Assembly (NCBI GenBank): GCA_029262195.1
Contig: JAJCZX010000030.1
Location: 497,615 to 561,614, forward strand
DNA from: Gemmatimonadota bacterium
GTDB taxonomy: Bacteria > Gemmatimonadota > Gemmatimonadetes > Gemmatimonadales > GWC2-71-9
DNA: 64,000 nucleotides
Direction of reading: 5' to 3'
Below, one piece after another: positions 61,705 through 64,000 of this stretch. A model generated the notes under the pieces. That model was not told the DNA's origin, did no database searches, and saw nothing but the letters and a program-made list of their open reading frames with translations. The stretch's first letter is position 1, and every line of letters begins with the position of its first letter. Both the position numbers and the translations under genes were made by a program.

Positions 61705-62127
61705 CTACAGAGAACCTGGCCCGAAGTTGGCGTCTATCGCAGTCCGGATCGTCTCCACATCATCCCCCTGTTGGGTCATGGACGCTGCCATTTCCGCTTC
61801 GCCAATGCACACATCGCACGCAGCCCCGTGACGGTCGTTGAAGCACGTCAATAGGGATCTGTGTCCAATGTTTTCGTGGCACTCGCAGTAGCAATGCAGG
61901 CCGTCGAGAACTTCAGGAATAACTTCGGCGATCCGATAAGCGCGCACCGCCCTCTGGTAGTTTGAGGCGGTCGTGGGTTCCATAACGGACATGGTCAGCA
62001 CCCCATCGGTGTCGACGCGGGGGGCAGGATGCACATGTCCGTGGGCAGGATTCCGAGGAGCAACAACTAGCGCCACGGCCAGGACGGCCGTGACGGTCAC
62101 TGCCCAGGGCAGGATTTTCTTTAACAT
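61705..62127 (-). CDS. PCYCGC-motif domain protein (secreted/anchored metal-binding candidate)
   Basis: ORF 61705..62172. ATG 62127 (MLKKILPWAVTVTAVLAVALVV). LHCYCECHENIGHRSLLTCF...HGAACDVC resembles the PCYCGC family. Confidence 0.65.
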   Translation of the reverse strand: MLKKILPWAVTVTAVLAVALVVAPRNPAHGHVHPAPRVDTDGVLTMSVMEPTTASNYQRAVRAYRIAEVIPEVLDGLHCYCECHENIGHRSLLTCFNDRHGAACDVCIGEAEMAASMTQQGDDVETIRTAIDANFGPGSL

Positions 62128-62244
62128 GATTGACTCTCCGCAAAAAGACTCTGCTTTAAATCTGGCGTCCACACCGAAACACTCAGTGAACCATTTGTGA
62201 AGATCGCCTCACACAACACGTCTAATCTCAGCGATTCCGGCAAA

Positions 62245-62781
62245 TCAGTCGGCTGGCGCTTCGAACTTGAGGAACTGCAGCGCCGCGAGAGAAACCAGAC
62301 AATAGGCGGCAAAGAAGTAAAACCCGATCTCGATTGCCCCGGCAAGGTTGCTCGACGCTTCGGCGCTCAGGTAGGCGACGAATACACCTACGACGAAAAC
62401 GTCAGCCATGGACCACTTCGAAATATTTCGGACAAACAAATAGATACCAAAACGCCGTTTCACGTCTTTGAGCGCAATTGCGGTCAACAGAAGAACGCCC
62501 TTGAGGATCGGCACGATAACGGAAAAGAAAAGAATCAGCCCTGCCACAAAGTCGTCGCCGTTCTCGTGGAGCGACTTGATGGACTGCAAAATACTGCGCG
62601 TCTCCCGGAAAATCTCACCGCTGAAGCCGAAGACTTCGACCGAAGCCGATATGGTGATCAGCGGTTTGGTCAACCCGGGGATGAGCACAAGGAAGGACAC
62701 GATGATCAACGCAAATGCGGTGACGTTCCGTGGAGACATTGGGTGGTGAGATTCAATTTTCTCAGCGGCATCTGCTGTCAT
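62245..62781 (-). CDS. Paraquat-inducible protein A (PqiA)-like membrane protein, single module
   Basis: 178 aa with four TM helices. ...SILQSIKSLHENGDDFVAGLILFFSVIVPILKGVLLL... and NISKWSMADVFVVG are PqiA-family patterns. Confidence 0.65.
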   Translation of the reverse strand: MTADAAEKIESHHPMSPRNVTAFALIIVSFLVLIPGLTKPLITISASVEVFGFSGEIFRETRSILQSIKSLHENGDDFVAGLILFFSVIVPILKGVLLLTAIALKDVKRRFGIYLFVRNISKWSMADVFVVGVFVAYLSAEASSNLAGAIEIGFYFFAAYCLVSLAALQFLKFEAPAD

Positions 62782-62840
62782 GCAATCTTCCTTATGTCAA
62801 AGAGCAAAAGTCCAAGGTCTGTAGAGGGAACCGGGCGGAC

Positions 62841-63611
62841 CTAGCGTCGGCTGTTAAGTTTGGCGAGAAGTCGGAGAATCTCCAGATACAACCACACAAG
62901 GGTCACCAACAGACCAAACGCAGCGTACCATTCCATGTACTTCGGTGCACCGATCTCCGCGCCCTTCTCAATAAAATCGAAGTCCAGTACCAGGTTTAGA
63001 GCAGCAATCACTACCACGAACATACTGAAGCCAATACCGATCAGTCCCGCTTCGTGTACAAAAGGCACATTGAGCCCAAAGAAGCCCATCACAAATGAAA
63101 ACAGATAAACCAACCCGATACCGCCCGTGGCGGCTACCACACCGAGTCTGAAATTCTCAGTGGCGCGGATCAAACCGGACTTGTAGGCAAATAACAGAGC
63201 GAAAAGGGTACCGAAGGTCAGCCCGACCGCCTGCATTACAATCCCCGGAAATCGCATCTCGAACATCGCCGATACTCCGCCGAGGAATAAGCCCTCCAAC
63301 ACCGCATACATGGGGGCAGTCACTGGCGCGGCTGTTTTCTTGAAAATCGTGATGATCGCCATGATCAGGCCGCCGATCATTCCCCCGACCATCAAGCCCA
63401 TGGTCCCGGAGGGCACTCCAGCACCTGGGTTCTGAGCAATCGCTTCGGCAAACCTGTCCCACGTGAAACCGGCCGCCATTATCGTCAACGCCAGCAGAAT
63501 AGCTGTCCGATTGACCGTCCCCTGAATCGACATGACCTCCGAAGCGTCGCGAGCACGACCGGATTCCTTGAAGACTTTTTCGTTGAGGGCGGGATTGGCT
63601 GTTCTCATCAT
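62841..63611 (-). CDS. Bax inhibitor-1/YccA family membrane protein
   Basis: 256 aa. N-terminal SNPAL-like tail (RTANPALNEKVF), then seven TM helices and the C-terminal charged motif typical of BI-1/YccA. Confidence 0.8.
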   Translation of the reverse strand: MMRTANPALNEKVFKESGRARDASEVMSIQGTVNRTAILLALTIMAAGFTWDRFAEAIAQNPGAGVPSGTMGLMVGGMIGGLIMAIITIFKKTAAPVTAPMYAVLEGLFLGGVSAMFEMRFPGIVMQAVGLTFGTLFALLFAYKSGLIRATENFRLGVVAATGGIGLVYLFSFVMGFFGLNVPFVHEAGLIGIGFSMFVVVIAALNLVLDFDFIEKGAEIGAPKYMEWYAAFGLLVTLVWLYLEILRLLAKLNSRR

Positions 63612-63780
63612 GGCTTAGATCCTTGTGCAGGGTGTTGGACAGGTTAAAGATAGATGGATACTTACGACTGGTGTAGGGTTTTATTCAACCTGAGATTGTA
63701 GCGGGGGCGGACTAAAAGGGAGGAGGGGGGAGGGAGGCGTGAACTCTGACATACCGTAACAGGCCATTTCGGAGCATCCA

Positions 63781-64000
63781 ATGACAACATCAATCGCACG
63801 ATTTGGCCGCTGCGTTTTTGTGCTGAGCATTTGCGCATGCGACCAAGAACCACCGCGAGCGCCAAATCTTCCTGAAACTCATGCCGATGCGGCAGACAGA
63901 CCCCTGGTTTCACTTCGCGACGTGGACCCAACAATTTTACAGGAGATGCGCTACTTCAGCGGAGACAATTTCGTGGGGACGCGAATAGATGGATATCTTG
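63781..64000 (+). CDS. D-alanyl-D-alanine dipeptidase (VanX/DdpX, peptidase M15D) family, N-terminal part (partial; runs off the right edge)
   Basis: My translation: MTTSIARFGRCVFVLSICAC...RPLVSLRDVDPTILQEMRYFSGDNFVGTRIDGYL. The motif LV.L..v.P.I..d.RY....NF.G..I.GY is typical of the VanX family N-terminus. Signal/lipobox-like start. Confidence 0.6.
   Translation, partial: MTTSIARFGRCVFVLSICACDQEPPRAPNLPETHADAADRPLVSLRDVDPTILQEMRYFSGDNFVGTRIDGYL

Noticed and set aside
63718-63738. G-rich tract GGGAGGAGGGGGGAGGGAGG in the divergent spacer before the VanX-like gene (possible G-quadruplex)
   Set aside because: It offers only marginal four-tract geometry, lies 40+ nt from the start codon, and I cannot evaluate stability or conservation here.
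1-64000. Search for tRNA, rRNA, transposase/integrase, prophage or toxin-antitoxin modules
   Set aside because: I saw no T-arm/acceptor-like GGTTCGAATCC-type sequences, no rRNA-like segments, and no DDE/tyrosine-recombinase-like ORFs. The window looks like core chromosome rather than a mobile island.

Overview
Chromosomal-looking 64 kb segment of a diderm bacterium. I call about 57 protein-coding genes. I recognised no rRNA, tRNA, CRISPR array, transposase, integrase or phage genes. The kinase, ECF-sigma and Ig-repeat content resembles uncultured Gemmatimonadota/FCB-type environmental bacteria, but this is only a weak inference from protein style. The main finding is a tightly coupled nine-gene minus-strand operon at 13.4-25.3 kb. 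It encodes five multihaem c-type cytochromes with 67 canonical CxxCH motifs by my count, plus two CX4CH motifs. It also encodes a putative outer-membrane beta-barrel, an FdnI/HydC-type cytochrome b, and a bc/b6-type cytochrome b. The bc-type cytochrome b is paired with a Rieske-fold protein that has lost all four [2Fe-2S] ligands, and its Qo PEWY motif reads PTWG. I read the operon as a candidate quinone-pool-to-cell-surface (extracellular) electron-transfer conduit of unusual composition. A cytoplasmic molybdopterin oxidoreductase lies just downstream. Molybdenum-cofactor maturation genes (mocA-like, nifU-like, xdhC, moeB-rhodanese) are elsewhere in the window. Other content: two Ser/Thr kinases; two tandem COG1233 flavoproteins next to a GcvT-family gene; a 2398-aa Ig-repeat surface protein ending in five ~230-aa tandem modules; nhaA; an nfeD-floA operon; an ECF sigma/anti-sigma cluster with duplicated CBM48-like domains; dinB; tag; rhomboid, MscS, B12-radical SAM and AAA+ ATPase genes; and assorted envelope proteins. 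The non-coding DNA is unusual. Short intergenic spacers are filled with in-phase heptanucleotide tandem arrays: (GCGGGAA)7, a 22-unit GTTAGAA/GATGTCA array, and several degenerate GTTAGAA-type arrays. These often abut start or stop codons and sometimes occur as inverted pairs. All calls come from reading the sequence and ORF track by eye. No database or HMM search was possible.
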